In this document: piece by piece, positions 18,933 to 27,387 of the stretch
Layout of the letters: every line of letters starts with the position of its first letter
How positions within the stretch are numbered: the first letter of the stretch is position 1
Assembly: GCA_013388455.1 (NCBI GenBank)
Contig: JACAFF010000003.1
Span: forward strand, 13,675-77,674
Source of the DNA: Nitrospirota bacterium
Lineage (GTDB): Bacteria; Nitrospirota; Thermodesulfovibrionia; Thermodesulfovibrionales; SM23-35
DNA length: 64,000 nt
Reading direction: 5' to 3'
The notes under the pieces: generated by a model
What the model was told of the DNA's origin: nothing
Databases searched by the model: none
The model's input: the letters and a program-made list of their open reading frames with translations, nothing else
Position numbers and translations under genes: made by a program

Positions 18933-19625
18933 ATGAAGAAGTATTTATTGCTTATTCTTATCGTAGTTTTTGCGATAGGTATGTCTACTTTTGTAAGTGC
19001 GACGGTCTTTAATACACCGCACGAACTTGCACCTGAGCCATGTGCTATGTGTCATACACCTCATAGTGGAACAGGCCAATATCCATTATGGAATAGATTA
19101 CAAGTAGCACCTACTTATGAAACTTATGATTCGGTCTCATTCGACATGGGTCCTACTTTTCAACCAAGACCACCTTCTTCACTTTGTCTGGTATGCCACA
19201 ATGGGCTTGCAAGCTCACTTGTTAATTATCCAGGTCCTTGTTCTGTAACTGATGGAGCATATGATCTACAGATATCAGGATGTGCTGATTTAGATACGTG
19301 GCTTATGGATGACCATCCCATTAGTTTCAATTATGATGATACTTTAGATACTGCCACTGATGGAAATGGATTTCCACCTGCTACTGATGTGTCGGTTGGC
19401 ACTCGTGTCAGATATGCAATAGTCGGAGGATTAAGCGGAACTAATTATTTCCTGTATGCAGCTTCTGGCGCATCTGCTCCAACTGATAGATGGTTTGAAT
19501 GCGCAACGTGTCACTCAGTCCATGACCTTGCAACATATGATGGTAAAGGTGATTATCAGGTCTATTTCTTAAGGAACGACAATACACGTTCAACAATGTG
19601 CAAAGATTGTCATACATTAAGATAA
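18933..19625 (+). CDS. Secreted tetrahaem cytochrome c (doubled-CXXCH type), first gene of FDH operon
   Basis: Signal peptide MKKYLLLILIVVFAIGMSTFVSA. Four CXXCH motifs: CAMCHTPH, CLVCH, CATCHSVH, CKDCH. SD GGAGGTG 7 nt upstream. Paralogous to the 30210..30947 product. Confidence 0.85.
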   Translation: MKKYLLLILIVVFAIGMSTFVSATVFNTPHELAPEPCAMCHTPHSGTGQYPLWNRLQVAPTYETYDSVSFDMGPTFQPRPPSSLCLVCHNGLASSLVNYPGPCSVTDGAYDLQISGCADLDTWLMDDHPISFNYDDTLDTATDGNGFPPATDVSVGTRVRYAIVGGLSGTNYFLYAASGASAPTDRWFECATCHSVHDLATYDGKGDYQVYFLRNDNTRSTMCKDCHTLR

Positions 19626-19662
19626 TGTTTAGGATAAAGATCTATTATGAAAGGAGGGAGTA

Positions 19663-20367
19663 ATGGCTTATAAAAGAAAATGGATGATGTTTATAGATAC
19701 ATCCAAGTGCATAGGCTGTAAAGCCTGTCAGGTTGCATGCAAGCAATGGCACCAGCTGCCACCAGAGACTACTACTTTTATTGGTTCCTACACGAATCCC
19801 CCTGACGTATCAGGGACTACTTTTACACGTGTTGAATACACTGAATATGAAGACATAAGGAATACACTGTTTTTCTTGTTCTTTAAGAAACAGTGCATGC
19901 ATTGTAACCAGGCTGAATGCCAGATATTGTGCCCTAAAGGTGTAGAAAAAACCAAAGAGGGTTTTGTTATTTTCAATGATAAGTGTATACCTGCGAATGT
20001 AAAAGTAAGTGGTGATGAAGCTGCAAAAATAGCAGCATTTCTTGCATGTTGTCCATACGAAATCCCGAAATATAACTCAACACTTGGTAGGTTTGTAAAG
20101 TGTGACTTTTGCTTTGACAGGTTTGGTGGAGGATATGGAGTATATACAACTTACAGAGATGGTCAACCTACCACTGCATGTGAGTTGGCCTGCCCACCAG
20201 GTGCAATAAAAACTGGTGCTGCTAAAGATATCATGAACATGGCAAAGCAGAGACTCGCTGTAGTTAAAGACACATATGACAAAGCAACCCTTTGGGGGGG
20301 CAGAGGCCGCGTAATATTTCTTTTAACTCAACCTCGTGAAGCATATAATCTGCCACCTGCTGATTAA
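19663..20367 (+). CDS. fdhB: Formate dehydrogenase iron-sulfur subunit (FdhB/HybA-like, 4x[4Fe-4S]), no TM anchor
   Basis: CIGCKACQVACKQWH, CMHCNQAECQILCP, CDFC and CELACPPGA ferredoxin-type cluster motifs. No hydrophobic C-terminal helix. Strong SD GAAAGGAGGG. Confidence 0.85.
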   Translation: MAYKRKWMMFIDTSKCIGCKACQVACKQWHQLPPETTTFIGSYTNPPDVSGTTFTRVEYTEYEDIRNTLFFLFFKKQCMHCNQAECQILCPKGVEKTKEGFVIFNDKCIPANVKVSGDEAAKIAAFLACCPYEIPKYNSTLGRFVKCDFCFDRFGGGYGVYTTYRDGQPTTACELACPPGAIKTGAAKDIMNMAKQRLAVVKDTYDKATLWGGRGRVIFLLTQPREAYNLPPAD

Positions 20368-20378
20368 AAGGGAGGAAA

Positions 20379-20471
20379 ATGGACTTTAAAGCTTACTTTA
20401 AAAAAATTATGAACAAAAGAGCTTGTAACAAAAATTTGTTGAAAAGCTTAAAAATGAAAGGAGGGAATTAA
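20379..20471 (+). CDS. Candidate 30-codon small ORF between fdhB and fdhA (MDFKAYFKKIMNKRACNKNLLKSLKMKGGN)
   Basis: ATG 20379 preceded by AAGGGAGGAAA. Its stop TAA 20469-20471 overlaps the fdhA ATG (TAATG). No homology could be assessed. Confidence 0.25.
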   Translation: MDFKAYFKKIMNKRACNKNLLKSLKMKGGN

Positions 20472-23400
20472 TGGCTATTACCCGAAGAGATTTTTTGAAG
20501 TACACTGCTGTCACTGGCGCTGCCCTTTATCTTGGAATATTCGACCTCAAGCCTATTAAAGCTTATGCCCAAGCCAATCCGCCTGTATGGTTGTATGAAA
20601 ATTACAGCATATGTCCATATTGCGGCATGGGATGCGGAATGATTATTGGAAGCAATGAAGATGGCCAGATTACTTACGTCCAGGGTGACCCTGATAATCC
20701 AAATAACCACGGGTCTTTATGTTCCAAAGGTTCAAGTGCAGCTAACCTGAATCATATCGAAGGGTATGTCAGGCCTGGAGGGGTTCCATATCTGGATAAA
20801 TACGGAGTTCCTTACAAGGCTGATGACTCCGAGAGGATTATAACGCCGTTGAGGCGTTCTCCTGGAGAAAACAATTGGGAAGTGATAGACTGGGATACAG
20901 CTCTCACCGAGATAGTTAATAAGATAGTAACTACTCGTGGCACCATTTCTCCCGGAGGCATATGCACAAATATTGCCGTCCTGGGCACTGCCAAGGACAC
21001 TAATGAAGATTGCTATTTGTTGACTAAACTGATGAGGGCTCTCGGCATTGTTTATTTCGAGCACTGCGCCCGTCTCTGACACTCTCCAACCGTAGCGGCT
21101 CTGGGAGAGTCGTTTGGCAGAGGGTGTATGACAAATAGCTGGACAGATATTGAGAATGCAGACGTCGTATTGATTATGGGCTGCAATCCAGCAGAGAACC
21201 ACCCATTAGCGATGAAACATGTCTTAAAGGCAAAAGAAAAGGGTGCAACTATTATAAATGTTGACCCGAGATTTTGTAGAAGTTCTTCACAGGCAGATAT
21301 ATATGCACCAATGCGTTCTGGAACTGATATTGCCTTTATTGGTGGGATGATTAAATATGCTATAGACCATGGTCTTTACAATACGAAATATGTAAGAGAA
21401 TGCACGAATGCCCTACTTATGGTAAACAGTGGCTTTGAGACATGCGAAGAGGGTACCAAAGGTGTATTTTCCGGATTAACAACACCGGGTACTTATTATC
21501 CACATCTTGATGCTACTTTGGATGCTGCATATACCAAGACAACTTGGGACTATGATGCACCGTTAACTCCCACTGTGGCGGCAAATCTCACTGATTCTGG
21601 TACTGTTTTTGATAAACTCAAAAAACAGTTTGCCAACTACACAATCGAAAATGTATGTGCTATTACAGGCACACCAGAGGCACTGTATCAGGAGATTTGC
21701 GAGACATTTTGCTCAACATATCCTGACAACAAATCGGCAACCATTCTGTATGCTATGGGAACAACACAACATACTATTGGCTCACAGAACATCAGGGCAT
21801 ATTCAATATTACAGCTCCTCCTGGGAAACATGGGGGTTGCTGGTGGCGGTATTAACGCATTAAGAGGTCAGGTTAATGTTCAGGGTGCAACAGACCAGGC
21901 AGTGCTTCACCACATACTGCCCGGATATCTGAAAGTCCCTACACCTTCTCAGACTACATTGACTGATTATATGAATGCTAATTACAATTCAGCACATGCG
22001 GTTAATCCCGTTCACAATTATACTGTGAGGGGGACGTCAGGTGTAGACCCGATAAGTGTGCACTGGTGGAAGAACGGGAGAAAGTATATTGCTGCTCTGC
22101 TCAAGGCGTGGTGGCCGGGTGTAGACTGCGACACAGGATATTCTTATCTGCTCAAGAAGACGGGGGACCACAGCATCCTTACGATGTTCGATGAAATGTC
22201 TCAGGGACATATCGATGGCGCTATCTTCGTCGGAGAAAATCCTGCTGTGAGCGACCCTGACAGCGATCATGTGAGAGCGGCATTGGCAAATCTCGAATGG
22301 CTCGTCTGCGTAGACCCATTTGAAACAGAGACAGCGGCATTCTGGAGGTTGAATACTTTAGCAAATACAACCGTCTACCTTTTGCCTTGCGCAGTCGGCA
22401 TCGAAAAGTATGGCTCTTTCACCAATAGCAGCAGGTGGCTTCAGTGGTCATGGAGTGGAGGAAATCCACCGGGAGAAGCAAGAACAGACCTCGATATCCT
22501 TGTGGACTTAGGCACGAGGCTTAAAACTGCCTTTAGTGCAGAACCCCAGATGTCGAATCTCAACTGGCCGTGCTTTGGCTACACTGGACAAACAGGCGAT
22601 GCCCTGGCAGAACTCGTAGCAAAGGAGATGCATGGATATTTTTGGAATGGTTCGAGCTGGGTGTTACATAATGGAACCTTTTTGAATTTCCCGGATTACA
22701 CGGGGCCTGACTATCTTTATGCTTGCGGCAACTGGCTCCATTGCGGTTCTTTTGCTGTATCACTGGATGCGTTTGAAAGCCCAAATCAGGGCGCTATATG
22801 GCCAGCTGGTGGAGTCGGAAACAGGGCAAAGAGGAGATACCCAATTGATGTTGGTAATGCTGGTTGGACAGACCCCGGCAAGTTGTGCTCCAGCCTATAT
22901 TCCTATTGGTCGTGGTGCTGGCCTGTCAACAGGAGAATCGTTTATAACCGTGCGTCAATGTATCTTAGTGATAAAGATTTGACTACACTTGCAGGCGACC
23001 CGCTTGCTCCGCAAAAATATGTAGTCAAGTGGGACCCCGCTGCATCTACATTTAGAGGCGATGTAATAGACGGCGGCGGGAATCCGGGACCGGGAACATG
23101 GCCTTATCCTTTTATTATGCTAAAGGATGGTCACGGACACCTCTTTGGTGGATGGACTCTGTCAGATGGCCCATTCCCATGGCATTATGAGCCTGCTGAA
23201 AGCCCGATAGCTTATCCATCATGGCTTGGCACTTACAGGATGAACCCGACTGTTCATTTGTATGACCCTGGAAATGTTGCTACAAACTTCGCAGAGCATG
23301 GAGACGATGAATATAACATCTTTGCGACATCTTACAGAATAACCGAGCACTATCATACGGGGACTATGACGAGAAATATACCCATTCTGATTGAACTTCA

Positions 23401-23737
23401 ACCTGAGCCTTTTGTTGAGATAAGCGAAGAGCTTGCGGCTGATACCACCGGAACCCTCGTTAAAAATAGTGATACAAATGGACCCATCAGCAATGGAGAT
23501 GATGTGATAGTAACCTCAGCCAGAGGAAGTATTACAGTCAAAGCATGCGTCACTAAACGCTTCAAACCATTCAGGGTGAATGGCACAATAGTTCATCAGG
23601 TAGGTATCATCTGGCATTGGGGATTTATGGGTCTTAGTACTGGTGACAGCGGAAACATTCTGACACCTTATATCGGAGACGCCAATACGAGAATTCCGGA
23701 ATCTAAGTGCTTCAGGGTAAACATCGAGAAGGTATAA
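20471..23737 (+). CDS. fdhA: Periplasmic formate dehydrogenase catalytic subunit (Mo/W-bis-PGD), selenocysteine-containing, Tat-exported
   Basis: Track ORFs 20471..21079 and 21128..23737 are in the same frame (offset 657 nt). They are joined through TGA 21077-21079 in the context [27 protein letters not shown], the canonical FDH Sec/His active-site block. Twin-arginine signal MAITRRDFLKYTAV. N-terminal CPYCGMGCG FeS motif. Confidence 0.9.
21077..21110 (+). promoter_or_regulatory. UGA(Sec) codon plus SECIS-like hairpin
   Basis: TGA at 21077-21079. Stem ACTCTCC (21081-21087) pairs with GGAGAGT (21104-21110). The 16-nt apical region contains an inner CCG/CGG pair, at the position expected for a bacterial SECIS immediately 3' of the UGA. 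Confidence 0.7.
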
Positions 23738-23781
23738 TACATAGTGCATAGCGGATGAGATTATATCTACTCTAATTTTCA

Positions 23782-23811
23782 AGATTGCCCCGGCACAAAC
23801 CGGGGCAATCT
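23782..23811 (+). terminator. Perfect 12-bp GC-rich hairpin after fdhA (possible terminator or repeat-family member)
   Basis: AGATTGCCCCGG-cacaaa-CCGGGGCAATCT, 45 nt after the fdhA stop. No U-tract follows, and the arms contain the GATTGCC/GGCAATC repeat-family core. Confidence 0.4.
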
Positions 23812-23830
23812 ATTGATAGTTACCTTGTTT

Positions 23831-23914
23831 GTCATTGTAAGAAGTCCCGAAAGCTTTCAGGACGGCGAAGCAATCCTAAAAGGGGAGATTGCCATGCCTT
23901 CGGCTCGCAATGAC
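23831..23914. repeat. REP/MITE-like palindromic element with GTCATTG termini
   Basis: GTCATTGTAAGAAGTCCCGAAAGCTTTCAGGACGGCGAAGCAATCC ... GGAGATTGCCATGCCTTCGGCTCGCAATGAC. The 3' half is the reverse complement of the family consensus GTCATTGCGAGC...GGCAATCTCC. Confidence 0.75.
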
Positions 23915-23948
23915 GGAAAGAAGTAATTTTTTTAAAAAGGAATACATA

Positions 23949-24878
23949 ATGAAAAGAAAAAAACCTAATGAATTGGACAGGATCATCCATAGAATAGATG
24001 TCATTGAGAAAAATAGACCCAGTTATAAAGAAATACTCGAATTTTTTAAAGACATTGTAAAACAGCAGTATAAGATAAAATCACTTATTAATGTAGAAGC
24101 TGTTGACATAAATAGGGAAACAGTAAAAAAGCAGATGATGGAAGGATTTCCTTTGATAGATAAGAATGAGATAAAGCTGGATATGGACTCAGCTACAACC
24201 CTATTTAAGAAAATATGCAGGACTATCCAGAGAAAGAATAAAAAGATCGCTCCTGAAATAAAAAAGATAAATCAAGCCTTACGTCATAACAAAATAGAAG
24301 TGCAGGAGCTATTCAAAAAATTGCTTTCAGGCGATAAAGAATACTTTGATTCAATAGGCAAAAATAATGGTTCTTATTTTAATAAATGGCTGTTAATTTT
24401 TTTAGCACAAAACAGCATTAATCCTGTGCTTGAGGCATATGCTGATAGAATAAAAGGGTATGTGGAACAGGATTCATGGCGGAAAGGCTATTGTCCAGTA
24501 TGCGGTTCTGAGCCACTAATGGGAAAGATAAAAAATGTCGAGGGTGTTGAAGGAGCAAAGTTTCTTATCTGTTCTTCCTGTGGCTTTGAGTGGCGATTTG
24601 ATAGGATATTATGTCCATTCTGCGGCAACGGAGACCATAAAAAACTGAGGCATTTTTATATTGAGAAAGAAGGTAAGGGTTACAGGGTGGATGTCTGCGA
24701 TATATGTAAAAAATACATCAAAACTATAGATTTAAGAGAACTAAAAATAGATGTTATCCCCCATGTTGAAGATATCGGAACTATTCATCTTGATATCATT
24801 GCTCAGAACGAAGGGTATAAAAGGGATATTCTAAATATTTTAGATATGGAAAAAATGGGGTCGGATGCCGAGGTATAG
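23949..24878 (+). CDS. fdhE: Formate dehydrogenase accessory protein FdhE
   Basis: Four Cys pairs CPVCGS...CSSCGFEW...CPFCGN...CDICKKYIKTID in FdhE rubredoxin-like spacing. I place the start at ATG 23949 (MKRKKPNEL). The track's TTG 23889 extension (MPCLRLAMTE) is translation of the repeat element. Confidence 0.85.
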   Translation: MKRKKPNELDRIIHRIDVIEKNRPSYKEILEFFKDIVKQQYKIKSLINVEAVDINRETVKKQMMEGFPLIDKNEIKLDMDSATTLFKKICRTIQRKNKKIAPEIKKINQALRHNKIEVQELFKKLLSGDKEYFDSIGKNNGSYFNKWLLIFLAQNSINPVLEAYADRIKGYVEQDSWRKGYCPVCGSEPLMGKIKNVEGVEGAKFLICSSCGFEWRFDRILCPFCGNGDHKKLRHFYIEKEGKGYRVDVCDICKKYIKTIDLRELKIDVIPHVEDIGTIHLDIIAQNEGYKRDILNILDMEKMGSDAEV

Positions 24879-24919
24879 CATATAGCATAGTAGATTTTAT
24901 ACATAGAGGCCGACAAATT

Positions 24920-25138
24920 ATGACACTTAGAGAACTGAAGCTGTATGCAAAAACAAAGGGATTAAAGATTCTTAATATGAAAAGGGAGAACATCATTCGA
25001 GCAATCCAGAGCCTTGAAGGAAATACTCCTTGTTTTGGAACATCTAAAGTAAAAAATTGTGACCAGAAAAACTGCTTATGGCTTCAGGAATGTTTGTATT
25101 ACTACAATAGGCTTAACCTTGCAGATAATGAACAATAA
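24920..25138 (+). CDS. Small Rho_N/SAP-like protein with C-terminal 4-Cys motif
   Basis: MTLRELKLYAKTKGLKILNMKRENIIRAIQ resembles the Rho N-terminal/SAP helix-extended-helix. It is followed by CFGTSKVKNCDQKNCLWLQEC. Confidence 0.55.
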   Translation: MTLRELKLYAKTKGLKILNMKRENIIRAIQSLEGNTPCFGTSKVKNCDQKNCLWLQECLYYYNRLNLADNEQ

Positions 25139-25295
25139 TTATTTAAGATTTTTATTAATAAAACTGTTATAAATAGTATCTGCCCATAAAATTAAGTTGA
25201 TATTATGGCTGTTTGTCTATAATGCCCAATTACAAAATGTGGGAATGATGTCAAGATAAATGTCAATTCTATTTTAAGAACCTTAAAAATATTAA

Positions 25296-25324
25296 TTGAC
25301 AAGTTGAAGAAATAGAGTTAAATT
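25296..25324 (+). promoter_or_regulatory. Candidate sigma70-type promoter of the cytochrome/NHL operon
   Basis: TTGACA (25296-25301), 17-nt spacer, TAAATT (25319-25324), about 47 nt upstream of the TTG start at 25371. Pattern match only, in AT-rich DNA. Confidence 0.3.
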
Positions 25325-25370
25325 ATTGTTATAAAAGAATAAAATCTATCGTAATAAGGCTATTAAGCGA

Positions 25371-26252
25371 TTGAATTTTATAAAAATAAAATACTCGCTT
25401 CCCCGATTAAGTCGAGGAATAACAAAAAAGAGTATATTTTTTTTCTCTAACAGCTTTACCAGAGATTTTACATTATTCCTATGTTTAATTGTTTGCTTTT
25501 TAATCCTCACCTTAAGCTTATTAACTTTTGACTCTTACTCTGCTGAAGAAAACACCTGTTTAGCATGTCATATAGATCTGAAAAAGCCTAAAAAAAGTAT
25601 TCATGTAGTATTAGATAAGGGCTGCTCAACATGTCATAAGACTGTTGAAGGAAAAACTCATCCTGACCAGAAAGGCAGTATTATACTCACACAGAAAGTA
25701 CCTGCTCTTTGTTATATTTGCCATGATATATCGAAATTCAAAGGCACATCAGGCCATGCCCTATTAGGTATGTGCACAGGCTGTCATAATCCACACAGCT
25801 CTGATTCAGATAAACTTTTAAAAAACGACCAGCCCAATCTTTGCTATGAATGCCATGAAAAAACAAAATTTACAAAAAAATATGTTCACGCAATAATAAA
25901 TCTTGGAGGATGCACATCTTGCCATGCAGCACATACTTCTGAATATCCATCCCTTCTACTAAATTCGACACATAAATTGTGTATAAGCTGCCATGCTAAT
26001 AAACTGAAATTACCACATGTTGTTTCCCTGCCCGGTAAAAAACGTCATCCGATTGATGGAGTAATAGATCCAAGTACCATCAAGTTGATAAAAGTTGAAG
26101 ACCCAAAAAATCCAAAAAGACAGATAGAGATTCCAGACCCTAATGTTCCAGGAAAAGAGATGACCTGTGCAAGTTGCCATGAACCACATAGTTCTGATTT
26201 CAGGTCACTTCTAACCCAAGAAAGGATATGTATTAAATGCCACAAACTTTAA
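25371..26252 (+). CDS. Secreted nonahaem cytochrome c
   Basis: Nine CXXCH motifs: CLACH, CSTCH, CYICH, CTGCH, CYECH, CTSCH, CISCH, CASCH, CIKCH. N-terminal hydrophobic segment FTLFLCLIVCFLILTLSLLTF. TTG start, exact start uncertain. Confidence 0.85.
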   Translation: MNFIKIKYSLPRLSRGITKKSIFFFSNSFTRDFTLFLCLIVCFLILTLSLLTFDSYSAEENTCLACHIDLKKPKKSIHVVLDKGCSTCHKTVEGKTHPDQKGSIILTQKVPALCYICHDISKFKGTSGHALLGMCTGCHNPHSSDSDKLLKNDQPNLCYECHEKTKFTKKYVHAIINLGGCTSCHAAHTSEYPSLLLNSTHKLCISCHANKLKLPHVVSLPGKKRHPIDGVIDPSTIKLIKVEDPKNPKRQIEIPDPNVPGKEMTCASCHEPHSSDFRSLLTQERICIKCHKL

Positions 26253-27271
26253 TGCGAATACCTTACTTTACTCACTATTTACTATCCACTATTTTGCTAT
26301 TACTTTTTGCATGTACCCCAAAAACACCCTTACTCGAAAAACCTAAAGGTGAATACATCTGGCCTCCACCTCCACAAACTCCGCGCATTCAATGGGTGAC
26401 ACAATGGTCAAATTCACAGGACTTTAAAATGATAAACCCTCTTGATGTACTTATAAGAGAAGCTGTGCTTCATGTTTTATTCAGGCCAAATGGGGTCGTA
26501 GTTGATAACGCAGGTAATATTTATGTTGCTGATTCACAGCTTCATAAAATTTTTGTCTTTGACATGGAAAAATTTACTTTGCGTTTTCTCGGCGAAGGTA
26601 TACTTGATGCCCCAATATGTCTTGCTATAGACAATAAAAGAGGAATTTTGTTTGTTTCAGATTCAAAACTTAACAGTGTATTTGGACTGAATAAAAATAC
26701 AGGACAGGTAGTTATGTCACCTGTTCCAACAGGAGAATTTAAAAATCCATCTGGATTGGTTTATGACGAAGAAAGAGAGAGACTATATGTTTCAGACAGT
26801 AAAAATCATATTATAAGGGTCTTTGATAAAGATGGGTTGCCTCTGTTTACATTTGGTAAAAAAGGAACTGAAGATGGTGAATTTCATACTCCAAGCTATC
26901 TGGCTCTTGATAAAAATGGCCGAATTTATGTTGTTGACTTATTTAATTTCAGGATACAGATATTCACTCCTGATGGAAAGTTCATTAGAAAATTCGGGAG
27001 ACTTGGTGATTGTCGTGGCTGCTTCACAAGGCCAGCAGGTATTGGCCTGGATTCAGAAGGACACATATATGTGGTTGATACTGCATTCAACAATTTCCAG
27101 ATTTTTACTGACGAAGGAAAGCTTTTACTCGATATTGGCAAGGCTGGAATAGGAGCAGGTCAATTTTCACTTCCAACAGGATTATATATTGATAAAAAAG
27201 ACAGAATTTATGTAACTGATACTTTTAACAGAAGGATACAGGTTTTTCAATATTTGAAAGAAAAAAAATGA
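26252..27271 (+). CDS. NHL-repeat six-bladed beta-propeller lipoprotein (paralogue 1)
   Basis: Lipobox LLLFAC. Repeated NHL-like blades (P.G...D..G.IYV.D..N..I..F). ATG 26252 shares one nt with the upstream stop (TAATG); the track's alternative start is 26237. Motif WPPPPQTPRIQW is shared with paralogue 2. Confidence 0.85.
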   Translation: MRIPYFTHYLLSTILLLLFACTPKTPLLEKPKGEYIWPPPPQTPRIQWVTQWSNSQDFKMINPLDVLIREAVLHVLFRPNGVVVDNAGNIYVADSQLHKIFVFDMEKFTLRFLGEGILDAPICLAIDNKRGILFVSDSKLNSVFGLNKNTGQVVMSPVPTGEFKNPSGLVYDEERERLYVSDSKNHIIRVFDKDGLPLFTFGKKGTEDGEFHTPSYLALDKNGRIYVVDLFNFRIQIFTPDGKFIRKFGRLGDCRGCFTRPAGIGLDSEGHIYVVDTAFNNFQIFTDEGKLLLDIGKAGIGAGQFSLPTGLYIDKKDRIYVTDTFNRRIQVFQYLKEKK

Positions 27272-27344
27272 GGATGTCTAAGCCTTGAAGGAAAAAATTC
27301 ATTGAGTCAGAAAAAAAGAATTATCTTTTTTTTAACTATATTTC

Positions 27345-27354
27345 TTTTTTTTTT
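27345..27354 (+). repeat. T10 homopolymer separating the signal-peptide reading frame from the body of the barrel gene
   Basis: Counted directly: c27344, then T x10 (27345-27354), then a27355. See the finding on the frameshift. Confidence 0.9.
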
Positions 27355-27387
27355 ATAGCTCTCTTATTTGAAAAATCTGAAGCACAG

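Noticed and set aside
19647-19673. An 8-codon mini-ORF (ATGAAAGGAGGGAGTAATGGCTTATAA) overlapping the fdhB start.
   Set aside because: It is simply the SD region read as codons and is too short to argue for function. It is mentioned only because the same 20-mer recurs at the fdhA start.
20468-23782. Numerous 60-156 aa ORFs on both strands inside fdhA (e.g. 20468..20710-, 20732..21202-, 21609..21863+, 22037..22270-, 22560..22784-, 22719..22982+, 23219..23401-, 23398..23586-, 23516..23782-).
   Set aside because: All are nested in the long, motif-rich fdhA frame. Their peptides are low-complexity (Arg/Ser/Pro-rich) with no motifs. They are expected by-products of the locally higher G+C, which depletes stop codons in off-frames.
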